Source: Sphyrna mokarran
Taxonomy: Eukaryota
Direction of reading: 5' to 3'
Assembly (NCBI GenBank): GCA_024679065.1
Contig: JAGIQG010000008.1
Location: forward strand, 27,590,001 to 27,654,000
Length of the DNA stretch: 64,000 nt
The notes beneath the pieces were generated by a model. That model had not been told where the DNA came from. It saw only the letters and a list, made by a program, of their open reading frames with translations, and searched no databases. The position numbers and the translations under genes are program-made. Of this stretch, positions 23,901 to 37,136 are shown piece after piece; position 1 is the first letter of the stretch; each line of letters starts with the position of its first letter.

Positions 23901-24730
23901 GGGCCCAGCTTTATCATTTTGATTCTAAGTGCTGGGCGGGCTTGAAGCTGGGAGTGTTTTAGATCCGACTTTTAGACTCGTTCTCAGGCTCCCCGTTGGC
24001 ACTCTGCCTGCAAAATTCTCAACGATCGCGAATCGTGCTGTTGAAGCCTGTGGGCAGGGCTTAACATACTCAAAATCATATAACTCCAATGCATGTGCAG
24101 GAATAAAAAGATAGAATGCAGCTCCCCTGCCACCTCGCTCCCACTCCGGATGCCCTACAGACAATGCCCCACCCCCACAACATTACTGACACTTTTATCC
24201 CCGACCCAGACCTATCGCAACCCCTTCCCCTTCCACAGATCACAGGCAGAGTGACAGCGAATTGCTCCTTTCCCCTCACTGATCACAGGCAGAGTGGCAG
24301 CAAAATTCCTCCCCCCCCAATCTCAAGCAGAGAGCCATCAGACCTATTTCCCCTCCCGCCCCCCATTGACCTCAAGCAGAGAGCAGTTGGACGCTCTGCA
24401 CTTACTTCACTAACTGGAGCGCCTTAATTGGACTTTTGTAGAGCATGTCTGTTTTGCACTGATTCTGGATGGGCAAATGCAGTGGTAAAGCAGGAAGTGC
24501 CAGTAAGGTTGGGCATGCAGCCCATTAAGTAAATTTAAATGTATGCAAATAGCATATAATTGGCCATTGTGCCCATTTTGGGCGCGATCCTGTTCACGGC
24601 CATTTTCGGGTCTCGGTAAAGGATGAACTGGTGTGGAGGTGGGCACAAATCATGTCACTCGCTTCAAGCCCGACTTTACCAGGTTTTCGCTCCCACAAAT
24701 GACTGCAATGCAATGGTAAAATCTGAGCCT
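23901..24730. mobile_element. Non-autonomous Harbinger-type DNA transposon
   Basis: Imperfect TIRs GGGCCCAGCTTTATCATT / AATGGTAAAATCTGAGCC; internal GATCACAGGCAGAGTG and CTCAAGCAGAGAGC direct repeats. Confidence 0.65.
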
Positions 24731-25799
24731 CTAGTGCTCAGATTATACATGTCCCTTAAGCTCATCCTTGGCTTTAACCCCAGTGTCTTTTTCGTAGGTC
24801 TGGCTTTGAGACAACTGCAATCAAGGTGCTCAAAGTGACAAGGATCATGCTCATTTTAATATTTGTGAAATATACTTTTGTTATGTTTTACACTCTTACA
24901 AACATTATCTGAGTCTATCATTAAGATAAAGAATTTGCAGAAGAAAGACATTTTGAAATACTTTGAGTGATTTGGTGAGTTTTACTTCCGCTTGGTGAGA
25001 AATCAATGGTTGGATCAATTATAATTAATAAATTCTCACACAACCAGGTGTGAAAAATTTGAATCTGAGGTAGTGCAACTTCCAGTGCATGATGTTAAAT
25101 TTAAGCTGTGATAGAGTAATATCACAGTGCAACAGACAGAAAAAAATGTGAAGTACAGGAAACAAGCGTACATGGCACTTTTTTTCAAATGAAACGGTGT
25201 ATATAATGGACAAATGATCCAGTACCATCTCTTTTTGTGCTCTCAAATTTCAATTTTATCCCCACTGTAAGACAATGAAATTGTTGATATGCCACATTCC
25301 TTGCATCCAAACATTGCTATGCTATTTTTGTGGCCTTTCTCCTGCTGTCACTTTCAAATGCTGCCACTACTCTCACACATCTGTTGCTACCTCACAAACA
25401 AATCATCTGCCCTCTCCTACAGAGGGTCTTGGCAGATGCGCCATCATTCACTGTTCTATTTTTCAACAAAGAACTTAAGAGAGGGCGAGTGAGCTTTACT
25501 TCATAGCAAAAGGAGCTATTTCCTGGACTCAACTTTCAAATGTTATCATCTGAGTAAGAAAAATCCTCCAGTGCAGTGGATTGACAGAAGCTACATAATA
25601 GGAAGAATGTGGAAGAATTTAATTTCAACTTTCGTATAACATTCCGTACGTGGCATTGATTCACCATGGAGCCTATGGTCAGCTCAATACAGACTGCAGT
25701 TGGGCCTGGCATCCAGGACAGTGTGACACCAGCAGTAACACCTCTCTGAAATACACATATTTAAATGATATAGGCTTATGGTCCATCAGTTATGCAGCT

Positions 25800-26300
25800 T
25801 ATTAAGTTACATAGAAAAGTACCTCCAAGGCATCATTGCACTGCTACAGTCTACTCTGCAATAGCCCATTCATCTTTTGTTCTGTGCCACAAAACCAGCT
25901 AGCCATCTTGCTCCAAGAGTAAACAAAGTTTCAATTACTAAGGCCCAACCCTCTTGAATTCACAAGTCGTGGTCATCTCAAATTCCCTCCAGCAACCATT
26001 TGTATCCAAAAATCATTTGGGCAGCAACTTGTCAGAGCACTTAAGGAACTGGAAGAGCTTTGGCTTTGTTCCTGAACAGCCATTCTCTGACTCCAATACT
26101 CAGGAATTAAACAGCAAGGGGTTTCAGGATTGGCACAGGCTACCAGGAAAGTTGACAGAGACTAGCAAGGATGTATCTCCTATTGTCACACACCAGCTGC
26201 AAGTTTAGTAAGTGAAATTGCTTTCATTCATAGAGATAGCTGTTTGGTTGCCTGAGTAAAGCTCTCACCAACTATTTCTGTGTACCCTGTCAATTTTGCA
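25800..26300 (-). mobile_element. Decayed PIF/Harbinger transposase fragment
   Basis: QFHLLNLQLVCDNRRYIL / VSVNFPGS / GVREWLFRNK resembles GFHSLNVQLVCD..FPGS..GWLLGDKG. Confidence 0.62.
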
Positions 26301-28109
26301 GACTTGTACAATAAAGGAGCAGATGCCAAGCCTGTCACCCTCACAGAGACAGTAGTGACTGCCATGCAATACACAGTTTGTATGTGTGTATGGATAGTAA
26401 TGGCCCTGAAACTTAGCCACAGTTATCCTGCAGGCATGCTGCATGCTGACTAATTAGATGGCTCACTTTTGGTTCACTCAAATCTGCCTCTTATTCCAAT
26501 ATGTTAATGGACTGAGATTTTTTTAATGCTTTCCAAATTTTTGTCCCTCTTCTTGTGCAATTTAATTGTTCCCTTCATCCAAAATTTGGTTTTCAATTTC
26601 AAGATAAGTAAAATGCCCTGTTAATTGCCACAGGTGTGTCTGAAATACAGCCTGAGCTTGGAAGTTGCCCAGTTAATTTGCAGTTGAACTGAATGCTGAG
26701 AAGCTGCTGGTCAACATGGCTACCAAGCTCAGTGAGCCACAAACTTTTAAGCAATTCAGTCCATGACAGCTTGTGTAAATATAAGGCATTTTTTGTTGAG
26801 GCCATAAAGCCACTTTGAAGACGCAAATGCAGGGAACAAACACTTAGTGAATCATAAATATGTCATGCCTCTCTATTTCTGTGGAACCCTTAGGATTAAG
26901 AGAGGCCAGAAACTAAAAATGGGTGATCGGTGCACTAGCGGATGCCTCCATGTCTAAAAAAATCCATGTTTCAGTGGTTTAAAAGACGTCCCCAGACACT
27001 TATTGACTTTTGAGATGATTGGCACAAAAAGGAGAGAGGCTTTCTCACACATGGGATTATACAGGTTAGACAGTTTTTCCAGTAGCAATAACAGTTTCTC
27101 TCGATAATCAGTCATCAACAATGGTCAATACTTTATAATGCAACTTGCTTCCTTTAGACCTCACTGTTACCTAATGTGAGCAGAAAGGCAGATCCAACTT
27201 TTTTGTTATGTTCTTGCATTGGCGCTGGTCCAGGGGTCTGATGTCATAATCATGATCTTAACTCTTGTTCAAATTTGCTACAATAAATAACCGACTTCAT
27301 ATGTTTTCTTTCGTGTTGTTATTTCCAAGGCATATTCCAACTTAGTCCGTCCTCAGTCTTTTTGTAATAAAATCAGCCAAGAGATATTGTGTTGGAATAT
27401 TTAATAACCTTTGTGCCTCTGTTTTCTCAACTGTTTTCAGCTTTCATTGGCATGCTCTTGCCTATAGTGGTTTCACAATCAACTGGGTGATGTTCTCTGC
27501 TGGAAGCAGCCTGAGGCATCTATTAGTTTTGGTAGTTGTAGTTAGGTAGAAAGGTCCAGCATGACAGATCTGGCAAAAAATGCCTTCCAAGTCTTTGGGC
27601 TTGAGCATTTGCTGCCAAGAGTTGAAGTTGCTGCTAAGTAGATTATGGAGGTTTCAATATGCACTAGTTAAGATCCTCTGGACTAGTTAAGGTCCAATTG
27701 TTTTCTAACTACAGTAATGGACAGATTTCCTCAAAAGAAGTGCTTTGCTATCAATGAACCGCTATTATATCAAAGGTTACCATGCCAGAAGAGTCCTTAG
27801 TGGACAGTGGACAGACACAATATTGCATTATTCCCCTTATTCCAGGTACATTTTGGCTGTCACGTCCTTCAACCCCATTCCACAGGCTGTAACAAAGATA
27901 TCGATGTTGCTGTGTTCTCCAGGCTGTGGTGAATCAGCAGGGTTTGCACCCCCTTGATTGTCCAATCTAACATTGCTGCATTTCAAAAACATTTCAACGC
28001 TTGCTGACCTCCTTTACAAAAGAGGTGAAGCATAGAAAGAAACTGCATTGATAAAATGTCTTTCAAGAACAAGACATTATACAGCCAATTAAATTCTTCT
28101 ACGTCGTTA

Positions 28110-29525
28110 CTGCTGTCAGCACATGACAAATCCAGGAAAAGTGCAGGGAGCAACATCAACTTCTATACACGACCATCTTCAATTTTGGAAAGGCTTTCAA
28201 TTCTGTCAGTTGTGAGAGTTTGTGGAATGTCTTCCTTAAATTCAGTTGCCTGCAGAAATTCATCTTAATTCTCCGCCTGCTCCACAATGACATGTAAGCT
28301 ATGATCCTCACCAACAGAACCACCACGGATCTAATACGTGTGCAAACTGTGGTCAAACAGAGTTGCATCATCTCACCAATGCTCTTCTCCATCTTCCTCA
28401 CAGTACGACTCCATGGCATCACCTTGGTGCTTCATGTTGGAGTGAAGCTAATCTACAGGACAAGCATGAAACTATTCAACCTCCAGGCCAGAACCAAGAC
28501 CTTCCTAACTTCTGTCATTAAGCTGCAATGCACAGACATTACCAGCGTACATGCACACTGATAGACTGAGCTAGAAACCATCATCGACACGTTCATCAAG
28601 GCAAGCGAGAGAATGAACTATAGGTTAAATATCAGGAAAACAAAGGTTTTCTATCAACCCACCCCTGTCACACAAAATTACTCCTTGACCATTAAGACTC
28701 ACCATTTTCCATACCTCGAAAGCCTCCTCTCAGCACAAGCAGACACTGACGATGAAATTCAACATTTACTACAATGCACAAATGTAGGCTTCAGGCACCT
28801 GAGTAACAGAGTGTTTGGAGACCGAGACCTCAAATCCAGTACCAAGCTCATGGCCCGCAGAGCAGCGCCGGTCCCCCCTCTCATCCTCCCCTTCCCCTTA
28901 TCCTTCCATACGCATCAGAAACATGGATAATGTACAAAAGACTCCTCAAATCCCTGGAAAAATATCACCAATATTTGCCTCCACAAAATCTTGCAAATCC
29001 ACTGACAGGTTAGACATATCAATGTCAGTATCTTCTCCAAGGCTAATATCTCCAGTATCGAGTCACTGGCCATTCTCGATCAGCTGTAATAGACAGGCTA
29101 CATTATCTGCATGCCCAACACAAGACTCCTGCAACAAGTGCTCTACTCTGAGCTCTGGAAAGCCAAGTGATCGCTAGGACTGCAGGGTAACACAATAAAG
29201 ACAACCAGAAAGCTTCACTAAATAAATGCAACATCCCCATCAACACAAGATTCACTTGCCTTAAAATGTATAAATTGCAGAAGAAGCATCTGCAAAGGCA
29301 CTCCATCACCTTGAACATCACCAGATGGAGCACGGGAAAGCAAAGCATAAACAGCAGAAAGAAAGAATCCAGAGTGTCCCACCCACCTCATCAAACACCA
29401 TCTGCCAAATCTGTGGCAGAGTCTGTGGCTTCAGGTTTGGACCATTCAGCCACTGCAGAACCCACCCTTTCCGGAGTGGAGGCAAGACATCCTCGAACCT
29501 AAAAGATTGCCAAAGAAGAAAAAGA
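28110..29525 (+). mobile_element. RTE (BovB-like) LINE 3' half
   Basis: QIQEKCREQHQ..GKAFNSV..VKQSCIISPMLFSIFL..LNIRKTKV..FPYLESLLS..C-terminal CQICGRVC..FSHCRTH zinc finger and GAAGAA-type tail. Confidence 0.9.
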
Positions 29526-29599
29526 CTGCTGTAAATGCAGGGAATCTAACAGTCAATCTGTGCATTGCCAGGCCCCACAAAAAGAAACGGGATATTGAG

Positions 29600-29872
29600 C
29601 AGACAATTTTGGTGTAGATTGAAGACAAAAAATTTCTTTACCCGGAGAGAGAACAGCCTATGGAATTCACTACCACAGAAAATAGTTGAGGCCAAAACAC
29701 TGAATGTTTTCAAAAAGCAGTTAGATATAGCACTTGAGGCAAAGGAGGATCAAAGGATATGGCGGGATGGGATCAGGCTGTTGAGTTGGATGATGAGCCA
29801 TGATCATGATGAACGGCAGAGCAGGCACAAAGGGCTGAATGACCTCCTCCTGATCCTATTTTCTACGTTTCA
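29600..29872 (+). mobile_element. HER1/CR1 3' end
   Basis: KNFFTRRENSLWNSLPQKIVEAKTLNVFKKQLD plus 3' UTR. Confidence 0.85.
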
Positions 29873-32444
29873 ATGACACAAGAGTGTGGGGATTGCTTGT
29901 AGTGCCAGTTTGTCCACTTTAGATTCTGGCACTGCTAGGACTCAAGGGCTTCCACAAGTCAGAGTGGCCGGCAGCTTTCCGAGGCAAGACTTCCTCCTGA
30001 ATGAGGGAAAGAAGAATCATCTCCAGACATTTAAGGCTCCTTGGAATGGTGAAGCTAACATAGGTGGAAATAAATTCCTCACTGACTCTTTGGGCAGCTG
30101 GGTGGAAAACCCCATCATCCTAAAACTCCTGGCCCTCATATTTGGCCCAAAAAACACTAAGGGATGTAACTGGCCTTTGGTGGAAGCATAAAGAAGCCAA
30201 TAACAAATTTGTAGTCCACTATATAGGTTCTTCAATTTTCTTGTACATTGGCTAATAAACAACAAGAGGGGTGTGTAAAACAGACAGCCAATTCGCTTTT
30301 GCCAAAGATAGATTTCAAACTCCAAGAATTTAACTATCATAAACAGATGTTCTGGGATTAGTAGGCTGTTATCTTGTTTGCAGAATTAAAAAAAAAGTTC
30401 CCTCGTGAATTTATTAATTACATTTTTATATTTGTTCAAATTTAATAATGAAATAGGGAATGAGGTTGAGTGATGGTGAGCTAAGCTAAATTTAAAAAGA
30501 TTTGTACATTTACAATATTATGCTATGGTGATGCATGAAGGAAACATTAGCCTGCTTAGTGTGTGAATTGTAGCACCGTTATGTTTTGTTACTCTGAAAA
30601 CTAGTTCAGCTTGTTTACACAGTTGCACGTAAGTTAGTTACTGTGCAATAGACATGAAACATCCACGCTAAACTCAGTTAACAATCACAGGGAAATTAGA
30701 GAATTTGCATTAGTATTCGATGAAAAGTTTAATAGACTGTAAACTCCAAACTAGAGATCCACGTCCATTTAAATGCGTAAAATTCAGCTTCCCGCATCTG
30801 TTGCTGGAAACCAGATCTTTGTGCTATTTAGTTTGTTTAAATAATGACAAAATATGATTTTGAAAAATAGACAGCCAGCATAGATAGGAATTACAGTTGT
30901 TGATTATGGCAGTTGGAAGCTTTATTGCACTTGAATGGCATTCAGTGTCCATTATCTTTTCAGAAGCAGTGAGGTCAGAATTTGTTGTTGGCTTTTATCA
31001 GGCAATGGTAATTTCTAATCTCAACTTTTAAAAGCAGAAAATATTTCAAATGCATAGAAAATTGATCAATGTAGAAAGAAAGAAAGAAAGGATTGGTTGA
31101 AGTTTTGTTGAGTTCTATCCATCATCAGATTCTGTATTAACTTAACAGTGATATCCTTCCTGAAGCTAATTAATATTGTTCACTTCGAATAATTAAATTA
31201 TCAGTTTCTGTCCAGGTATTACTCTGTCTGCCTTTGGCTGCCATGGTTTCAATACACTGAGTGACCCTTTCTTTTGTGAATATGTGAGGTTACTAAAGGT
31301 GCACTCTATAAAAAAAGGTTCTAATTCACAAATTAACATACATATGGGAATTTGTAAGAGTTAGACACCTCAGCTCAAAGCCTTGCTCAACAGGTGAGCA
31401 AATAGGATCAACCAGAAATCAGCATGTCTTGATGTGGGGCCTTCATCAGTCCTTAAGCTTTCTAAACTAATTAACTCCAAAATAAAAAGAACCGCAATTC
31501 TTCCAATCTGTATTCCCATTGAGTAAATCTCTGTCCCAGAAGTGTTAATTCAGCCGAGTGTGTCTTGGGTTAGATTCTAACTGAAAAGAACTGAACCATG
31601 TGAAGCTGCACCAAAGTTCATACAACTTCCACTTTCATGTTTAATGTATCTGCAGCTCTTCCTGGATAAATGCCAGGTATGTTTCATACAAACTCAAACA
31701 AAAAGAAATCTAAATGTTCTGGGGGAATCAATTACACAACCTGAAAATAAGCACCTTTTGTGCTTTGAAGCTCTTTGGTAATTTCTAAGACTAACAATGG
31801 AGAGGGCACTTGTGCAGACTGAAAGTTTATTCTTTGCAATATTTTATTGCTCCTTTAGTTCTATCTTTACATAATGCAAGATGTATATTTAGGACTGTGT
31901 TTTGATTTTAACAGACAATTGTAAAGCTGTTGGTTTACCGGTTTTCGAGGTTATCTGTTAAAGGCTTTCCGAAATGAAAGTGAAAGAGAATCTGGACAAA
32001 AATGAATTCTATCACTTTGCGTTGGAGCATGCAACAATCATGTGTTGCAACATTGGACAACAAGAGTTAGCCTTCCGAAAAGTTAACCCCAATTTCTGCT
32101 AAATTAATTTTTATACTAATGCAATGTTTTTCCCGTGCAAGCCTCAACAAACTCAGTCAAAACTTTCTTGGAATTTAGTGGGATATAACAAAAATAAATC
32201 AAGATTTAAATGTAAAAAGGTTGGAGTTGCCAAACATGATTAAACAAATTCCTGGAGTTTCACCACATGACTTGCCCCTGACACTCTCGTCATTACTCAA
32301 CCAATACATCTGTCCTTGTGAAGCACTGCCTTTCTACACCAATTGGAAAACTTCAAAACTCATTATTCAATTAGGGTGATGCTTAGCTGACAGATATTTT
32401 TGTATCTGGTATAGAGAAAAGTTCAAAGAAAGTGATAAAAGAAA

Positions 32445-33285
32445 CAATGGAGTTCTCCCATGTGCCCAGCAGGTTCAATGGAAGGTGATGGGCGTTAATT
32501 TGAATTTAGTGCAGGATCTTCCACTGGTGTCCATTATAATGGAACAGGAAACTCCTGAAGGCTGATGAGAAATACATTTGTATCTCACATTGAGGTGCAG
32601 ATGAAGGTGTGATCACTCAAACCCAATTCGCCTTGGTGCCACCAAGAAGGAAAACAAAATGGTACAAAATATGTTTGGAACAATGTGGTGGGACTTGCCT
32701 GAAGAATGCCTGGGGCTGTTTCTGGAGACAAAGGTGGAGGACACCTGTAATCATGGATCCTGGATCACCATAGTTTAGGTAGGAGAAGTACCTACAGGTG
32801 GACCTTGCACATTTAGTGTCGTGGCAGGGGTCCATCTTCCAGCCTCAGAATGTTCCTGAAAATCTGTCCTCTCTATCAGGAGGTCCACTTCCCAATTTCA
32901 GAGTGCTCCTGGAGAGCCACCTTCCTTTTCAGGAGGTGTCATTGAGATGAGCAACCTTTTAGCACGGCACCCAGATAGGATGTTGAAATGCGTATCATCA
33001 AGCTTGCCCCACTACAGAATATAGTGCAAAGCATAATTAATGAGGTCAGGAACGGAAGATTTAGTGGGTGGGATTTTCCAACCACACTCGCCCCAACATC
33101 GGAAAGTACCCCCTCAAGGTCAACAGATTTTTGTGTGGCCCGTGTCCTGCCCGCTATAAATCCTGTGGTGCACGAGATGGGAAAATTCCACCCAGTGCAT
33201 TTCTCTGCCAACCTCTGCAATAGTAAAAATTCCACATTTCTAAACCTGCCACAGGACTGAGTCTCCAGATGGGAGAATTCCAGCC
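32445..33285. mobile_element. Non-autonomous Harbinger-type element containing a nested MITE
   Basis: TIR pair TGGAGTTCTCCCA (32448-32460) / TGGGAGAATTCCA (33270-33282). Confidence 0.55.
33066..33193. mobile_element. 128-bp Harbinger/Tourist-type MITE
   Basis: 14-bp TIRs GGGTGGGATTTTCC / GGAAAATTCCACCC (13/14) with a perfect 3-bp TSD AGT. Confidence 0.85.
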
Positions 33286-33560
33286 AAACCTTTTTAATGC
33301 CCTATTGATTTTTCTCCAGGGCTTTAGCCAGTTGTGTTCCTGAAGATTAATATTAAATTTTAGGAGACTCCAGGTGAATCGTGAAGGCTTGGTAACAGTA
33401 AAGAAGGCCTATGTTGCAAGGATAGTCACACCACACTCCTGACCAGTTTGAATCTCAGTGTTCCTGATATTTCAGTTGATTTTTCGAATGGGCTAACTTT
33501 GTCACTGGTTGACTCATGAAATCATGCACAAGTCAAATCATCTTTCCTCTCTACTGAAGG

Positions 33561-33700
33561 ACAGTAAGAAGTCTCATAACACCAGATTAAAGTTCAACAG
33601 GTTACTTTGGAATAACAAGCTTTGGTGGGCTGCTCCTTCCTATTGAACTTTGACCTAGTGTTGTGAGACTTCTTACTGTGCCCACCCCTGTCCAATGTCG
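33561..33700. mobile_element. Inverted pair of Penelope-type terminal repeats (second family)
   Basis: 41-bp arms at 33561-33601 and 33639-33679 (36/41); the spacer read on - is GGAAGGAGCAGCCCACC-AAAGCTT, a truncated hammerhead stem II plus AGCT palindrome. Confidence 0.65.
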
Positions 33701-34584
33701 GAGGTATGGTCATCATTGACACGCAAAAGAAAACAGTAAAACTCAACAAAACTGATCTATCAGAGAAAATTTAGTTCAAGTAAAGACAGATTCTATCTAA
33801 ACATAAAGTTGTGTATTTTACTTTGATATTTACTTAGAACTTTCTTTCCCAACTCCCACCACCTCAAAAGAAGCTTTTACCTCGAGCAGTTTTCCCAGAC
33901 AACAGCAGTCTGATGTTTGTCTTCAGCAACACTAAGATATCAGGATTCCTGACAGTGCAATAAGAAATCAATTGTCACTTTCTGACAGTTTAAAAGTCTC
34001 AATGTTGAAAGAACACAACTGCTGCTGTTGAAACATTTCAAAACACATACTCCTTTCACCTCCCCAAACAAATAGCAGAGTGAACTTCAAATGCATTGCA
34101 AGACTATTAGGTAATCCGTTCTTTGTTTGGATTCAGAAGGGTTCAGTGACAAACATTCATCTCCCTTTCTATATTCAGCCTTGTTCTTTTACTGACTGCA
34201 CAAAACTCTGACAAATATAAAAATGTAGCTTGTATACCAAATCCATAAAACACCTTAAACATGACATTTATTTGTGGCAAATTGCATGATTTAATTTTTA
34301 CAATGCTCAAAATAATTCTTAAATGTATTTCTGAAATACTTGGAAACCAAAACATAGGCGGGAGAGAATATTTTAAAACTTTTACGGGCTTTAGACAAGG
34401 ATGAGAATTAATTTAACTAAAGTGGGTATGTTTTGACAAGGTTGGGAAACTTCTACACTTTCTACATGATTTACGATTTTGTTAGAAAAGTTCTCCAATG
34501 TGTTTCAGATGGGAGGATTATAGTACAGAGAATTAAACTTCTTCCCTATTTTTTATAATGTTGAATACCCATCATTCTGACACA

Positions 34585-34764
34585 GAGGACTTTAACGGGA
34601 GGCGGTCCTCCATTAGGCAGCAGGAAGATCCTCTGGTCCCACCATTTTCACTGGGATTCCCCGTTGAATACATCCCTTGCTGCTAAGAAAGAAAACCTAC
34701 GGCAGTGGTATGCCATCGGTGAAATGGAAAGATCCCACCAACATGGACAACCAGACAGTTCTGG
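34585..34764. mobile_element. Degenerate MITE related to 35245-35432
   Basis: Shared internal GGGA(T/A)TTC..TTGAA(T/G)ACA..TGCTG core. Confidence 0.45.
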
Positions 34765-34810
34765 CGAGGATGTATGCTTTGAGGATTTTCTCTGAATTTA
34801 TGATTATTAT

Positions 34811-35144
34811 GGGTGGCACAGTGATTAATACTGCTGCCTCACAGCTCGAGGGACATGAGTGTGATTCCTAGCTTGGGTCATTATCTGTGCGGAATTCGCA
34901 TGTTCTCTCCGTGTCTGCATGGGTTTTCTCCAGGTGCTCTGTTTCCTCCCACAATGCAAAGATGTGCAGGTTAGATTGACTGGCAATGCTAATTTGACCT
35001 TGAGTGTCCCAGACTGTGTACATTAGTGGGATTAGCAGGGTAAATATGTGGGGTTTCAGAGATAAGGCCTGGGTGAGATGGTTTGTTGGTGCAGACTTGA
35101 TGGGCTGAATGACCTTCTTCTGCACTGTAGTGTTTCTATGTTTC
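34811..35144 (+). mobile_element. HE1-type V-SINE
   Basis: tRNA-like head, V core, GATGGGCTGAATGACCTTCTTCTGCACTGTA tail. Confidence 0.9.
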
Positions 35145-35244
35145 AATTATGGATTCTTTCATGGCTCAGTGGGTGAATGTTCAATGCAGAGACCAGTTAT
35201 TCACAGTCTAGATTAATGTTGTTTCGTGTGTGATGTTAAACTAT

Positions 35245-35432
35245 GGGCAAGATTTTCCCAGCGGTTGGAGGCAGTCTACTATTTGCTGGCAGAGGTATGT
35301 TTTGATCTCACCGCTATCAATGGGAATTCTCATTGAAGACACACCGTGCTGTTGAGAAACAAATGGCAGAGAGTGCGCTGCTGGCAGGATTAGAGAATCC
35401 TGGTGGTGTGGTCAGCTGAAAAATTCCTGCCC
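35245..35432. mobile_element. Harbinger-type MITE
   Basis: TIRs GGGCAAGATTTTCC / GAAAAATTCCTGCCC. Confidence 0.65.
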
Positions 35433-35499
35433 AAGTCTTGACTTCCAAATTGCAAACGGTACGTAGAGGTATGACTTTATAGTGTTCTCATTTCTCCTG

Positions 35500-36250
35500 T
35501 AGGGACCTAGTTCTGTTCTTCTCGAAGTTGAAATTGCTTGATGAAAGAAATTTCTCCATTCAGGTCAGTCCAGTATTGCAACTTTTCCCACGTGGCGGCA
35601 TCCAATTTACAGGCTCTGAGGCTGGCTTTCGGAATGCTTTTGGGATATTCTATGTTGCAGGATCCCATGCTTAGCTGGCTATAGATTACAGCCTTCGGAG
35701 TGCAGGAATCCTCAGTGTGAACCACATGGCCGGCCCAGCAAAAGTTGAACTCTGCAGCTCAAAACCAGGTTAATGGCACCTTGCATGAACTTTGGCTTTA
35801 GGCATTTTGTGTTACCACTTAATGTCACGGATAGAATTTAAACAGTGAAGATAGAATGCATCCAGTTGCTTCATGTGAGCCAAGTAGGTTGTCCATACCT
35901 CATACAATAGAGAAGTGAGGTGAGGATCATTGACTTCGATATGTAATTTGAGAGAAATTCCATGCTCTCTTCAAAGCCAGTGATAAGATTGCTAAATGCC
36001 AGGTTTCTGTCAGACGATGGGTGATTTTATCACCCAACGTGGTGTTGTTGGAAAGAATGCTCCAAAGATAGCAGAATTTCTGAACTGAGTTGAGAGATAC
36101 ATTGTTGATACTGATGATGGATCTTGGGGTGCAACAGGACTGGTTGTAAAGATCACTGTCTTTTTCAGACTTTTATGGTAAGGCCGAACTGTTCTCGGGC
36201 TTGGCAAAAAATGGACAACAAGCAGCTAGTTGCACTCCAGCACATGTGCT
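35500..36250 (-). mobile_element. RTE LINE 3' fragment
   Basis: CWAGHVVHTEDSCTPKAVIYSQLSMG..KASLRACKLDAATWEK. Confidence 0.78.
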
Positions 36251-37136
36251 ATGAGAGTAAGTTATGAGCAGTGATGTTGTTCAGTGATGTTTGTGAGAGC
36301 CTTGAGTCTTTGCAGATGAACAGTTGCTCTCTGCCTCGAACACAATGTGTATACTCCTATGACAAGATCTTTTAGTGCATAAAAGAGCATAGCTAAATAG
36401 CAGATTATAGATTCTATACGCAAAAAATCTTGAAAGACTCCACCTAAAGTATCAGTTTCAGTACGTAGCTCTGCAGCTGCACAGCAGAGTTTCCTCTCCA
36501 GATTCTCTGGCACTTAATGCACAGACAATCTGGAGATGTGGTTTTCACCATCACTCTGGTGGGATCTTTAGAGAGTGCCCTGATCTACATTAAAAATAAA
36601 GTCCTCTCCCACCCCATAAGCATTGTGACACTTCCCCCCCACCCCCACCTCAAGGCAGCTCATGTCCCTCTCTCCCCTACAGGGATTACACACTTACTTT
36701 TTCAGCCCCACTGAGTTCTCCTTGACAGCTTTGGCTTTTGCAGAAACCATTGTAAATGGGAGGAGTTCCTTATCTGGAGCGGGGCGGGGGGGCACATATG
36801 GTGGGAAAGCCCTTTAAATTCATGTCAATATATTTAAAGGAGGGTCCCATTCAGAATGGATGAGAACTCCATTGTATCATGGCCAGGGACAGTGAAAATC
36901 CTAGAACAAGATCTTACCAACAGGATTTTCACTCAGTTTTACAGGATTTTCCACCAGCCTCACTATTTACGCAAGCATCAAACACTGACTGAAAATCACC
37001 ACCTATAATTCTTGTTTCCCTCTGCAATTTCCCTGCAAAATTGTTCCATTGTATCTTTCCCACAGTTACTGGCCTAAAGAATAGCTGGTGTAATTAAAAC
37101 TTGATTGGTTCTTAATCCTAATAAATAGATTAGCAG

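Noticed and set aside
30964-31007. Possible 44-nt exon (TTTTCAG..ATG|GTAATT; AVRSEFVVGFYQAM)
   Set aside because: Plausible splice signals, but no recognisable protein and no partner exons; expected by chance in 64 kb.
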